Shown piece after piece: positions 30,271 to 39,545 of a stretch of DNA of 64,000 nt. The first letter of the stretch is position 1; each line of letters starts with the position of its first letter. This DNA is from a virus: IMG/VR virus record IMGVR_UViG_3300009008_000010, positions 56,241 through 120,240 of that record. One strand, 5' to 3'. A program made the translations under genes and the position numbers. Below the pieces are notes generated by a model. The model was not told where the DNA came from, made no database searches, and saw only the letters and a program-made list of their open reading frames with translations.

Positions 30271-31783
30271 ATGATACCATTATGCATGGTGACGTATGAA
30301 GGCGAAGGCGAGTGGCTAAACATAGGAGAAGATGAATACGCAAATGAATGCAGACCTGCTACGGATGCAGAGGCCACGCTTGAATTGATGGCCGAATGTT
30401 TGGATCGGGATGCAGAAAATCGTAATGCACATGATTTTGTTTGCTGTCATCTTGGATTGGCTGCTTTGCTAACACAGGAAGTGGGTGAAGAAGCTGCTAC
30501 AAAAATTATGAGGCGTCTAGCAGGCTATGGTGGGCTTCATGGCATGACTGGTGTGTGCGGTGCAGGCGACGGTAGCGCAGAAGAAGATTTGGGTGTCAAA
30601 TTATGAAATTTGCATTCCATCCTGATTTTTCAGAAAGAAGGGAAGCAGAGATTCCTTATATCGCTGCTTTTTCTCCCATGCTGCGCGCAGCCGTGGGTGC
30701 CATGCAAGCTAAAGAAAAATTGGCCATGCAAATCGAGGCAGTGGTTAAAGACATTGCCACCAACCAAGAGATAGCAGATTCGCTCAAGCAGCCTGTAGAC
30801 GGCATGAACGTAAAAGAAGTAGAATTAAAAACTTCACCAAACGAAGATGCTGTTGTAATTGCTCGGTGTTTTGTTGGGTGGGAAGAAGAAAGAAATGTTT
30901 GGGTTGTTTGGGTAGAAGGTGGGCCAGAGAATCATTGGAGGCCACATTTCGATTCTATTTATGACCCTTGGCATGAAGAAAGTGACCCTTGGGAGATAAC
31001 AAATGAATGACGATTGGGATGGCCCGCCGAAAGTCACTGCTACTGAGGAAGCAGAGGATTATGAATTCTTCCTGGTTCCTACTGTGTTGGGCCAAGATTT
31101 TGGCATTCAGTTGGAAGGCTCACATGATTTATTTTATCCTGTGTTCACCAATGAAGTGACGCTGAATGAATATATGGTGCATTTCAGCAAGAAGTTGGGG
31201 ATGGAGTTGGCAGGCAGTTGGGCAGTCCAAAGAATTGAAGGCATGGCTATGGAAGCCCTTTTTGAAGTGTTGCAGGAAAAAGGGGCGCGTATGATGATTG
31301 ATCCGGTTGCGGTCAGTGAACACCATACGACATGGAGAGAGCGAGTGAAGGTTGGGGATTTGTGGAAATATCAAGATTTTGAGAGCAATTAATGACGCTT
31401 CTTCTCGACGGAACCATTCAAGATAAACCGTTGTCGCCCGGCGAAACTCAAAAGAACCTATATGACTGGCTCACTAAAGTTGAGAAAAAGCCCGGCTGGA
31501 ATACGGCGTTCGGTCGTGAGTGTAGTAGACTAGACGTAGGAGAACCCGAAGCGTGAGAAAAGAGATAAACCATGCGAAAATATCTGGTGAAGTCTTTACT
31601 GGAACACACCAGGGATGCAGATGATGTTGAATTTGAAAAGGAATTTAATGCCCCAGACAGAGAAACGGCCATCGAATTGGCGGCTGAAAATGCCAAAATG
31701 ATGGTCGAAGATTTGGAGGCTGAATTTGATGAAGGCGAATCGGTATTTGCTATCAGAATACTTTCGTGCGAGGAAATTTAAAA

Positions 31784-32299
31784 ATGGCAACAACTTATCT
31801 GACTCGTTACCATGAAGAAATTGAGGGTGTAAAATCTGGCGATGTTTCTTTAAGCTGTTTAAGCTACAGGGAAAGGGAGGTTGTCAAGTTAATTGTTCAA
31901 GGATACACTCGAAAACAAATTACGGCGATTTTCAAAGTTACGAAGGCATGTGTTGCACAAGTAGAATTAAATGCTTGGGATAAACTTCGCCGTCAGCAGC
32001 GACGATTAAAAAGAACTGCTGAAATGAAAAATATGAGTAAAGAAGAGTTGCTTCAATGCTCTTTTCTTGATTTAGACTTTTCTAAGAAGAACGAAACTAA
32101 CACTCGCAGGGTTCTTCGTTTTAATCTAGCCCGCAAGAAAACCGGCGATCCTAGAAGTGAAGCGACCGTAACCATTGGGGATTTAACAGAATGTAATGCC
32201 GATGAGTTGCTGGCTTTCGAGGGTTTTGGCAAAGCAGCATTACTTCAGGTCCGTAATAAATTAGCCAAATACGGTTTAGAGTTGAAAGGTGAAATATGA
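31784..32299 (+). CDS. HTH (sigma region 4/LuxR-like) fused to RNAP alpha-CTD-like domain
   Basis: LSYREREVVKL...GYTRKQI; C-terminal TIGDL....DELL.FEGFGKAAL.QVRNKLAKYGL. Confidence 0.78.
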   Translation: MATTYLTRYHEEIEGVKSGDVSLSCLSYREREVVKLIVQGYTRKQITAIFKVTKACVAQVELNAWDKLRRQQRRLKRTAEMKNMSKEELLQCSFLDLDFSKKNETNTRRVLRFNLARKKTGDPRSEATVTIGDLTECNADELLAFEGFGKAALLQVRNKLAKYGLELKGEI

Positions 32300-33069
32300 C
32301 CCAATATTCATCGGACGGCAAAGGCAACTGGTGGAAAACTGTTTGGGAAGAACAGTGCCCAGAGTTTGTGGGTATTGGCGGGATATTGGCCAAGATAAAA
32401 GATGGGGAGGAGTGGTCTACTCGCCACCTTCGCTGCCAAGGCGTGAAAGGACACAAGGGGTTGCATTGGCGGTATGGACCTTGTGGCTCGTATGAATGGG
32501 ATGACAACGAAGAGGATTCAACTGAAGAAGGATGCTGTGGAACCACACCACCAGATCACAAGAAATATGTTGCGCCTCAAAGGAAGTGTGAAGAGCACTG
32601 GATGAATTTTAAAACCACTACGAAGGTGGAAGATCCAGAGAAGATTGCGGCATTGGAGCGTGGCGAGTATGAGGATGGTGCGGGTGTTGACAAACCCGTG
32701 GATTTTGATGAAATGGACCCTGAAACAAGGGAAGAAATTCAGGAGAGGATGGGAATTCGTAAGGCCGAACCAAGATTGTTTTATCTTGTTCGTGACGGCG
32801 ACATGGAAAATACCATCCCGATTGTAACCATAGATCCCAGAGATGCCCGTTGTGAGATAGGCAACGAAGATCATGGTGCGATGCCTTACGAAATTTGGGA
32901 TAAGTTGCTTGACCAAGGGGATGTGAAACAAATTAAAAAGAATGATTGCCCCACAGAACTTATGGGCGCGATCCCGTTTGGAGAAGTAAACGGGTGTATG
33001 TATGATTTCACCTGTTCTCAATGGTGTCAGATGATGGACGAAAACGGAGTGATTCACTTGGAGGAGTGA
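32296..33069 (+). CDS. hypothetical protein
   Basis: 257-aa ORF, Cys/His/Trp-rich. Confidence 0.55.
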   Translation: MTQYSSDGKGNWWKTVWEEQCPEFVGIGGILAKIKDGEEWSTRHLRCQGVKGHKGLHWRYGPCGSYEWDDNEEDSTEEGCCGTTPPDHKKYVAPQRKCEEHWMNFKTTTKVEDPEKIAALERGEYEDGAGVDKPVDFDEMDPETREEIQERMGIRKAEPRLFYLVRDGDMENTIPIVTIDPRDARCEIGNEDHGAMPYEIWDKLLDQGDVKQIKKNDCPTELMGAIPFGEVNGCMYDFTCSQWCQMMDENGVIHLEE

Positions 33070-33190
33070 GATGTACACGGATGACGAGATTAGGGAAAAC
33101 AGCGGAAAAGTGGGAAAACCTCTTGTTGCCGCATCCAATGTCTAATACCTTGGAAGTAGGTTCAATGTGATGTTTGAGAGTGGGTATCAT
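33008..33190 (-). pseudogene. truncated class I SAM-methyltransferase fragment
   Basis: SKVLDIGCG motif I, after which the frame runs into the antisense of a + strand gene. Confidence 0.45.
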
Positions 33191-33219
33191 TATTTGAGTA
33201 GGGGGTCACTCTATATCTA

Positions 33220-34233
33220 TTATATAGAAGATTTAAATATGAGTTCCTTCACGGGTTCCTTGGCCTGTTTGATTCCGCCTCGGTAATTTATGTAGTCACA
33301 TTCTGTGACTACCACATTTCCGAAGACTTCTTCCATGAGTTTTACCATCGCTTCTGGACTCATATAGCCCCTGGAATTATAAGACACCACAACTGCGTTG
33401 GTTCTATCTTTAATTTTGTTGAAAAGTGAGGTAAAGGTTTTAAAGAACTTCTGCTTGTAGCAGTATGGGGATTTGAATAAGTTGGGGTCTATGCCGCTAA
33501 CTTGCTTGTCTTTAGGAGTGTATCTTTCTTTGAATGGTCTGCACGCTTGTTCTAGTAAATGATAGTTACCTGAATATTGATGAATGTTGTAAGGTGGATC
33601 AATGTAGATCGCATTGTAAAATGTGTCTGTTTTATTGAAAAACTCTTCTGCCTCATGTTGAAATGCTTTGCCTTGGGGGCCATTCGGCAGGATGGGATTT
33701 TCTAGTTGTATGTGTGTAGTGATTCTCTTCTTATTGGAAGCATACACATATTTATACACACCTTCATTTCTAGCATTGCCAGCTATTTTCTTGTGGAACG
33801 ATTTGAACATTCCTGAAGTGTTGGCGTGAGTTGACATTCGATATATCAATTCACAAAGAGCAACAGATCGGTAAGGGTAGTTGCCCCATATTTTTTCGAG
33901 AACCGCGTCGATGAAAATACCGTTTTTTTCTGTAAAAAAGAGGCGTTTGGAAGGCGGGCTGTAGTATTTGGAGAAAAATCGTTCTTTGGGTTCACCAACT
34001 TGATTCAGATCAGAAATGTCAGGGACTTCATTGTGTTCTAAATACGTTTTATTGATGTGGTAGGAATACGAGGCCATATCATTTGCGTGGACCTGGGAAC
34101 CTTGTTGTCTCAGGTGGTATGCAACAACACCACTGCCGCTAAATAGGTCGCAGACAAGTTCTTGCGCCCCGATTGTTTCAAGGATTGGCTTGATCAGCTT
34201 TCTTTTGTTTCCGAGGTATGGGATGAATCTCAT
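33220..34233 (-). CDS. DNA adenine methyltransferase (D12/FokI-like)
   Basis: YLGNKRKL, DLFSGSG.V, YIDPPYN, SYNS motifs. Confidence 0.92.
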   Translation of the reverse strand: MRFIPYLGNKRKLIKPILETIGAQELVCDLFSGSGVVAYHLRQQGSQVHANDMASYSYHINKTYLEHNEVPDISDLNQVGEPKERFFSKYYSPPSKRLFFTEKNGIFIDAVLEKIWGNYPYRSVALCELIYRMSTHANTSGMFKSFHKKIAGNARNEGVYKYVYASNKKRITTHIQLENPILPNGPQGKAFQHEAEEFFNKTDTFYNAIYIDPPYNIHQYSGNYHLLEQACRPFKERYTPKDKQVSGIDPNLFKSPYCYKQKFFKTFTSLFNKIKDRTNAVVVSYNSRGYMSPEAMVKLMEEVFGNVVVTECDYINYRGGIKQAKEPVKELIFKSSI

Positions 34234-34358
34234 ACCTTTAATCGAGTTACTTGCTTCACATTAGCCGCATTTGTGTTAAAATGGTCTTGACAATGGAGAC
34301 GTTTTTTGCAACGGACGCCTCGTAAATCTCTGAACTACCTAAATGAAAGAGGGAACCC

Positions 34359-34700
34359 ATGTCGAAGAAGTTGACCAAGAAGGAACATGTGTCAAGATTG
34401 CTGGCAAAAAAGCCAGACATCAGTGCAGATGACGCAGTTGATGCCTTGGAGAAGAAGGGTATCGAGATGACCAAACAGGCTTTTTGGAGTTGCAGGCATA
34501 CTCTGAGAAAAGCTGCCGCCGAAGAGACTGCCGAGCCTGTGATCGCTCAGAAGACCGCCAAGAAGAGAAAGACCAAGAGACGGAAGCCTCAGCGCCGCCG
34601 CCAGCCGGAACCGGAATTCGAGATTGACATGCAGACCCGGTTTGCTCTCTTGGAACAGCAGAATCAACGTTTGAAGGCTGTGATTGCCGCCTTGCTGTAA
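34359..34700 (+). CDS. basic hypothetical DNA-binding protein
   Basis: RBS; K/R-rich. Confidence 0.6.
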   Translation: MSKKLTKKEHVSRLLAKKPDISADDAVDALEKKGIEMTKQAFWSCRHTLRKAAAEETAEPVIAQKTAKKRKTKRRKPQRRRQPEPEFEIDMQTRFALLEQQNQRLKAVIAALL

Positions 34701-35146
34701 TCTCGCCTCAATGGGCTTGCTTTTGATTTTTTATGAGGAGGGTTGACGTGCCTAGAAGGCGAAGACGCAGACTACATTTGGACTCGGAATTGAAGAAATT
34801 CCAGATCGAAAACCTTGCCAAGTTTGGCGGTTTTTCCTATCGGTTTATCGCAAGTATCGTTTTTGCGAAACCAATCGGTAGAGTGACGAAAAACGAAATC
34901 TCTTCCGTTGCGAGTTATTGTAGTCGTAACGGGATCAGATTGAGCGATTGGAGAAATGGTCGAAATCCAACGGCTATATCCCACGCGGAGAAGGTTTCAC
35001 GTCCCAAGAGTCGAGACAGACGGCGATTGCGGATTGCGGCTTGACGTTTGGCGTTCCTTGCTTTCGGGTTCCCCTTTTGGGAAGCAGCCCGCCCCAAGAA
35101 AAGAAAAAATTGGGGTGGGCTGTCTTTACCTTTGAGGAGAAAATAT

Positions 35147-35821
35147 ATGGATCGTCGTGCGTTCAACAATTTGCTCATTGAGACCCCTTTAGTAGATGAT
35201 GCCTTCCAGGGCTTATCAGGCTTGTATGGTGGCGGGATCAGGAAAATCATTGAAGAAGGCGTCTTGAAACTGGGGTTGCAGTGGAGTGAAGAAGACATTG
35301 AAGAGCTAGAAGGTGAAGCCAAGCAGGGTATCTTAGAGAAAACCCAGCAATTAAAGCATGACTTTGAATTTGGTGGAGTCTCCGAAGGTGATCTCAATGT
35401 TAAAGCTGGGCAAGCCATAGAAAATGTTCAAACAATGCTGGTTAGGTTCCTTTTGGGGTGGAAAGACACCCAACTAGGATACATGCAGTATTTGGAAAAC
35501 ACGGGTTCACCTGTTGGTCGTCGTCGCAAGGAAGATAAATTAAGAAGAAAGGCTGATGGTGGTGTAAGAGATCGCCACTTGGTTACGCAAAAGCACTTGC
35601 AACGAATACAGGGATTGTTAAAAAAGGCTCCTAAGCCTGTTGGACGAGAACGTGACTACGATGACGACTATTACGACGATGACTTTGACCGGGCAGAAGA
35701 AGAACGACGTTGGGCAGAAGAGGCAGAAGAGGACTACCGGATGGCTTATGCTGCCGCCGAAGAACGTTTTTCAGGTCGTTTTGAAAGTCTTTTTGATTTT
35801 TTGAGAATCCCACGCAGATGA
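35147..35821 (+). CDS. hypothetical protein
   Basis: GAGGAG RBS before MDRRAF. Confidence 0.6.
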   Translation: MDRRAFNNLLIETPLVDDAFQGLSGLYGGGIRKIIEEGVLKLGLQWSEEDIEELEGEAKQGILEKTQQLKHDFEFGGVSEGDLNVKAGQAIENVQTMLVRFLLGWKDTQLGYMQYLENTGSPVGRRRKEDKLRRKADGGVRDRHLVTQKHLQRIQGLLKKAPKPVGRERDYDDDYYDDDFDRAEEERRWAEEAEEDYRMAYAAAEERFSGRFESLFDFLRIPRR

Positions 35822-35823
35822 GC

Positions 35824-35851
35824 TTGACGATGCCCGATGCTGTGCTATAAT
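35824..35851 (+). promoter_or_regulatory. sigma70-like promoter heading the tRNA region
   Basis: TTGACG-16 nt-TATAAT with TG extension; ACTATATAA motif also at about 35901. Confidence 0.7.
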
Positions 35852-35920
35852 GTCGTTATCACAAGTGGAAAAAAACAAAGTTAAAAAAATTCAGCAACTT
35901 ACTATATAAGGGATACATGA

Positions 35921-35994
35921 AGCGGGATGGAGCAGTCCGGTAGCTCGCAAGGCTCATAACCTTGAGGCCGTAGGTTCAAATCCTACTCCCGCCA
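35921..35994 (+). tRNA. tRNA-fMet(CAT)
   Basis: Cloverleaf, CTCATAA loop, A1xC72 mismatch. Confidence 0.9.
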
Positions 35995-35996
35995 CT

Positions 35997-36069
35997 TACC
36001 AGGAATGCCTGCGGAACTACATTGGATTATGAAAACCAACCCCCAGTTTCGTGAAAATTTGTCCTGGTA
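35997..36069 (+). ncRNA. free-standing GAAUGC/UACA/UUUGUC module, copy A
   Basis: TACCAG/CTGGTA closing stem; motif shared with 38505, 39298, 42210, 47926. Confidence 0.7.
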
Positions 36070-36085
36070 TTTTTTTCGACACACA

Positions 36086-36179
36086 TGGCAGGTAGCTCAA
36101 AGCAGAGCGTTATTAAATCAGTGAAATTTCGGTTTTACAGATTTAATGAAGATGGTAGCTTCGCAACTACCCCTGCCAC
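36086..36179 (+). ncRNA. tRNA-like RNA with anticodon arm replaced by a long UUCG-capped hairpin
   Basis: TGGCAGG/CCTGCCA acceptor, GCTC/GAGC D arm, altered T loop CTTCGCAA. Confidence 0.75.
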
Positions 36180-36239
36180 TTTACAAAGGCTTAGCCGCCT
36201 TTGTGAATCGCCCCCTCACTTTGAGGGGGCGGGGGATTT

Positions 36240-36336
36240 GGTCGGGTAGCTCAGAGGTAGAGCGCTATCAAGCTGAAACTTACGCAAGTTCGTTCCAGGT
36301 TTTTAGAGGTCGATAGCTCGAAACTATCCCCGGCCA
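36240..36336 (+). ncRNA. tRNA-like RNA with extended irregular anticodon arm
   Basis: GGTCGGG/CCCGGCC acceptor, D arm, T arm GATAG-CTCGAAA-CTATC. Confidence 0.75.
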
Positions 36337-36759
36337 CTTGGGAGGTAAGTCACTCATAGGGATGCAGAGCAACCCTTATTGGGACGCAAAGCGACCCGCC
36401 GAGTGGCTTGCCACCCAACTGATTTTGGAGAAGATCAGAAAACGATAAAATTGGAGTTTGCGAGACACGGAAAAACCGCCGCCCAACTTTGGGGAATTTT
36501 TTTCCGAATTTTGCGAACCAAAAAACGAGAAGGTTACTCTATATAGTAGAGTCGAAACAAACGAAGGTGAATACAATGTTGGTTTCTCTGGTAACAAAAC
36601 GATACTGGCAAGACGGGATTACCTGTCCGTGCGGTATTTGTGCGCCCAAACAGGGTGAACAAAAGACCGAAACAGGACATGATAATCCAATGTCCGTATC
36701 CTGAACCAGAGTGACAAGCGCGGTTCAGGGTTAGCCTGAGCCGGTATTAGGATAAGATC

Positions 36760-36801
36760 AAAAGCCCGCTCAGGCACACTGGATGCCGAGCGGGCTTTTT
36801 T
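36760..36801 (+). terminator. intrinsic terminator with possible upstream antiterminator
   Basis: AAAAGCCCGCTC...GAGCGGGCTTTTTT; GCCTGAGC at 36734 complementary to its 5' arm. Confidence 0.75.
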
Positions 36802-36876
36802 CATTGGAGAAAATAATATGAGACTGAGAACAAGGGCTGGTTTCCGTTAAGGCTTCAACCTTAACGGAGATCAGAA

Positions 36877-37251
36877 ATGGCACATAAAGCACACTTTTTG
36901 CGTCGTCCGAAGACAACGCAAGAGCGGAGAGCTAACGGAAAAAGAACAGAACAGCGCGACCTAGAATATAAAATTCGCGCTAAACGTAGCGGAGCTAACC
37001 TAGTTGATGCATGGGATGATATTTGCACCAGCGTCAGCACGGGTTGGAAAGCACAAACTAAAAGAAAAAAACAATACAAGGTAATTAACTTTGAGAACCA
37101 AACAGGTAATCGTGATCCGAAAGGATCTGAAGATGAGGCGGGGGAAAGAGATTGCACAGGGCAGTCACGCCTCGATGGCCTTTCTAACCAGAAGGTTAAA
37201 AAGACCATCATCCTGGTTCCGATTATTCTGGTTGTTGTTATCGACGGTTGA
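36877..37251 (+). CDS. basic phage hypothetical protein
   Basis: RRPKTTQERR...LVDAWDD...WK..TKRKKQYK; 3' part overlaps the Pth2 gene. Confidence 0.5.
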   Translation: MAHKAHFLRRPKTTQERRANGKRTEQRDLEYKIRAKRSGANLVDAWDDICTSVSTGWKAQTKRKKQYKVINFENQTGNRDPKGSEDEAGERDCTGQSRLDGLSNQKVKKTIILVPIILVVVIDG

Positions 37252-37480
37252 AATTAAATGGCTCAGCGATTCGTTCGCAAAAGTCGTTTGCCGTGTGGAT
37301 AGCCTCGATGAATTAAAAGAAATTGAGGCGCAGGCAAAAGAGGCGAACCTGGAAGTTCATTTAATTGTCGATAGTGGACGAACGGAGTTCAACGGGGTGC
37401 CGACGCCAACGTGTTTGGCAATCGGTCCTGATGAAGCAGATAAAATTGACGAAATAACTGGGGGGTTAAAACTGTATTGA
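37091..37480 (+). CDS. pth2: peptidyl-tRNA hydrolase Pth2
   Basis: KQVIVIRKDLKMRRGKEIAQGSHA, DSGRTEF, TCLAIGP...IDEITGGLKL. Confidence 0.94.
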   Translation: MRTKQVIVIRKDLKMRRGKEIAQGSHASMAFLTRRLKRPSSWFRLFWLLLSTVEIKWLSDSFAKVVCRVDSLDELKEIEAQAKEANLEVHLIVDSGRTEFNGVPTPTCLAIGPDEADKIDEITGGLKLY

Positions 37481-37506
37481 GTCGATTAATTTCGGCTCAA
37501 TGCTGA

Positions 37507-37580
37507 CCGGCGGTAACTCAGTGGTTTAGAGTGCCTGTCCGATGAACAGGTGGCCGAAGGTTCGAGTCCTTCTCGCCGGA
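37507..37580 (+). tRNA. tRNA-Ile(GAT), atypical (C33, G37)
   Basis: Cloverleaf; CCTGT-CCGATGA-ACAGG. Confidence 0.75.
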
Positions 37581-37588
37581 CTTAATAT

Positions 37589-37674
37589 GACGACGTGGCC
37601 GAGTGGCTGAAGGCAACAGTCTGCAAAACTGTCGAGCGTATTGCTCCGCGTGGGTTCAAATCCCACCGTCGTCT
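37589..37674 (+). tRNA. tRNA-Cys(GCA) with long variable arm
   Basis: ACAGT-CTGCAAA-ACTGT; U73. Confidence 0.85.
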
Positions 37675-37695
37675 CTGATGTTTGATAATTTAAAT

Positions 37696-37768
37696 GGCCC
37701 GGTGTGATATTGGTCTTACAGCAAGACTTTCAATCTTGCCGATGCGGGTTCGATTCCCGTCCGGGTCA
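37696..37768 (+). tRNA. tRNA-Glu(TTC)
   Basis: CAAGA-CTTTCAA-TCTTG; atypical D arm. Confidence 0.8.
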
Positions 37769-37770
37769 CT

Positions 37771-37859
37771 GTGTACGAGGCAGATACGGTTTGCTGCGCC
37801 TGGTTGTGGCCCAGGAGGTCGATACAAAGACCATGCGGGTTCGAGTCCCGTCGTACACC
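37771..37859 (+). tRNA. tRNA-His(GTG) with long variable arm
   Basis: CCTGG-TTGTGGC-CCAGG; C73; no encoded G-1. Confidence 0.85.
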
Positions 37860-37868
37860 CTTTAATAT

Positions 37869-37942
37869 CGGGGAGTAGCTCAGCTTGATAGAGCGCCTGG
37901 TTTGGGACCAGGAGGCCGCAGGTTTAAATCCTGTTTCCCCGA
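37869..37942 (+). tRNA. tRNA-Pro(TGG)
   Basis: CCTGG-TTTGGGA-CCAGG. Confidence 0.88.
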
Positions 37943-37949
37943 CTTGTGA

Positions 37950-38023
37950 GGGCATATAGCTCAGTTGGTTAGAGCGCATCGCTGATAACGATGAGGTCCG
38001 TGGTTCGACTCCACGTATGCCCA
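37950..38023 (+). tRNA. tRNA-Ile(GAT)
   Basis: CATCG-CTGATAA-CGATG. Confidence 0.93.
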
Positions 38024-38206
38024 CCTGAAGGAAATGAAATGACAAGAGAAGAATTAATTACATATTTAAAGGAGAACCTTAAAATTGTGGTCAGCGAAAC
38101 TGGCTCTGACTCATATGGTTATGGTGGTCAGTACGTTGATGTTTCACTGATGTTGGAAGGTGAAGTAATTTCTTCAGATTCATTTTCAGTGGAAAAAGAT
38201 TAAAAT

Positions 38207-38277
38207 AGGTCCGTGATGAAACGGTATCATGTCGGTCTCCAAAACCGATCTTCGGGGTTCAAATCCCTGCGGGCCTG
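38207..38277 (+). tRNA. tRNA-Trp(CCA)
   Basis: TCGGT-CTCCAAA-ACCGA. Confidence 0.92.
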
Positions 38278-38285
38278 CTTGTTTT

Positions 38286-38359
38286 GCGGCAATAGTGTAG
38301 TGGCTTCTGCACGTCACGTTGCCAACGTGAAAGTCGGGTTTCGATTACCCGTTGCCGCA
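38286..38359 (+). tRNA. tRNA-Gly(GCC)
   Basis: TCACG-TTGCCAA-CGTGA. Confidence 0.9.
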
Positions 38360-38431
38360 CTGGTTATGAGCCTCGTATGGACTGCGTTTAATTTTTAACT
38401 ATTGGAAATAGGAGGACAAATATGAGATAAT

Positions 38432-38502
38432 GCAGGTGTCGTATAATGGTATTACCTCAGCCTTCCAAGCTGATGACGGGGGTTCGATTCCCCCTACCTG
38501 CT
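38432..38502 (+). tRNA. tRNA-Gly(TCC)
   Basis: TCAGC-CTTCCAA-GCTGA. Confidence 0.93.
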
Positions 38503-38504
38503 CT

Positions 38505-38584
38505 TAGGCGAATGCTAGATGGGATTACATTTTTTGACTCTCAATCAAAAGCGATGAAACGATCTCATTGATTTTTGTCGCCTA
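38505..38584 (+). ncRNA. free-standing module copy B carrying a Glu(CTC)-like anticodon stem-loop
   Basis: TAGGC/GCCTA closing stem, GAATGC, TACA, TTTTGA-CTCTCAA-TCAAAA, TTTTTGTC. Confidence 0.75.
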
Positions 38585-38587
38585 TAT

Positions 38588-38660
38588 GCTACCGAAGCCA
38601 AATGGCGAGGCGCTGGTTTTGTAAACCAGAAATAGATGGGTTCGATTCCCTCCGGTAGCT
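38588..38660 (+). tRNA. tRNA-Thr(TGT)
   Basis: CTGGT-TTTGTAA-ACCAG. Confidence 0.87.
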
Positions 38661-39220
38661 CTTGGAGAAAATAAAATGACAATTTTTCGTAGCAAAAAGG
38701 ACGGACATTTATACAAAATCACTCACGAAAGGCCACCGAAATACACCGGAAGCTGGTATAATGCTCACCCATTGTTTCCAGATCAGGGTAAATTTCAAAA
38801 GAGTATACGTGTGGTGAGTTATGGCAGCGATCCGGTATTTAAGGATTTCGTGGCTATAGCAACGAGATAATGGGAGCAACCGCTTAGTGGTGCGACGTGT
38901 ATTCGCATCCAAGTTGGCGGTGGCAGAGGAAGACAAGTTGGTTGGGTTGTCGCCTCAATTTTTAAGGAAATCAAAGTGACGAATGCAGAAGTTTTAGGTT
39001 TGCGGATCAAACGATTCATGGCGATTGGGAAAGAGATTGCGGATTTAACAAAAGAGAGCAAAAAATTAAGGAAGGAGATTGCAGGATTAACTGAGGAATT
39101 GGGGTTTACGGTGACTTCAGAAGAGCCAGTTGAATTTTTGGTTGGCAACACTCATGTGTCAGTCAAAAGGGCAAAAATGGAAAATGATTTCACGATAATT
39201 CCAAGAGAATTAAAACAAAC

Positions 39221-39296
39221 GGTGCATTAGTGTAGCGGCTCTGCACGCTTGCCTGTCGAGCAAGAAGAATTGCGGGTTCGACCCCCGTATGCACCG
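39221..39296 (+). tRNA. tRNA-Asp(GTC)
   Basis: CTTGC-CTGTCGA-GCAAG; G73. Confidence 0.88.
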
Positions 39297-39297
39297 C

Positions 39298-39392
39298 TTG
39301 GACGAATGCAAATGGGTTTACATTGGATAATTTCGTTCGACTCGAAAAGCGGGCCTAGCCCGTTTATGAAACTCATAATTTTTGTCGTCCAA
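39298..39392 (+). ncRNA. free-standing module copy C with T-loop-like hairpin
   Basis: TTGGAC/GTCCAA stem, GAATGC, TACA, TTCG-TTCGACT-CGAA, TTTTTGTC. Confidence 0.75.
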
Positions 39393-39398
39393 ATTTAA

Positions 39399-39486
39399 TG
39401 TAGGGTACGCTAACGGTAAGCGGACTGCCTGTTAAGCAGTTGTATTCCCTTAAATGGGTATGGAGGTTCAAATCCTCTCCCTACAG
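39399..39486 (+). tRNA. tRNA-Asn(GTT) with long variable arm
   Basis: ACTGC-CTGTTAA-GCAGT. Confidence 0.85.
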
Positions 39487-39545
39487 CTTGAAAAAATACT
39501 TCCAATACACTATATAACAGTATAAGTTATTTAAGTGTTGGAGGT

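Noticed and set aside
32518-33138. 206-aa minus-strand ORF and similar antisense ORFs
   Set aside because: Shadow of + strand genes, with no motifs or RBS.
37694-38398. ORF-track peptides 37694..37888, 37716..38045 and 38213..38398
   Set aside because: They overlap clear tRNA genes; spurious.
38871-38957. SAM-I riboswitch-like words (GCAACC...GGTGC)
   Set aside because: P1 AUC and the P2 kink-turn are not in the required order; may be another ncRNA but unsupported.
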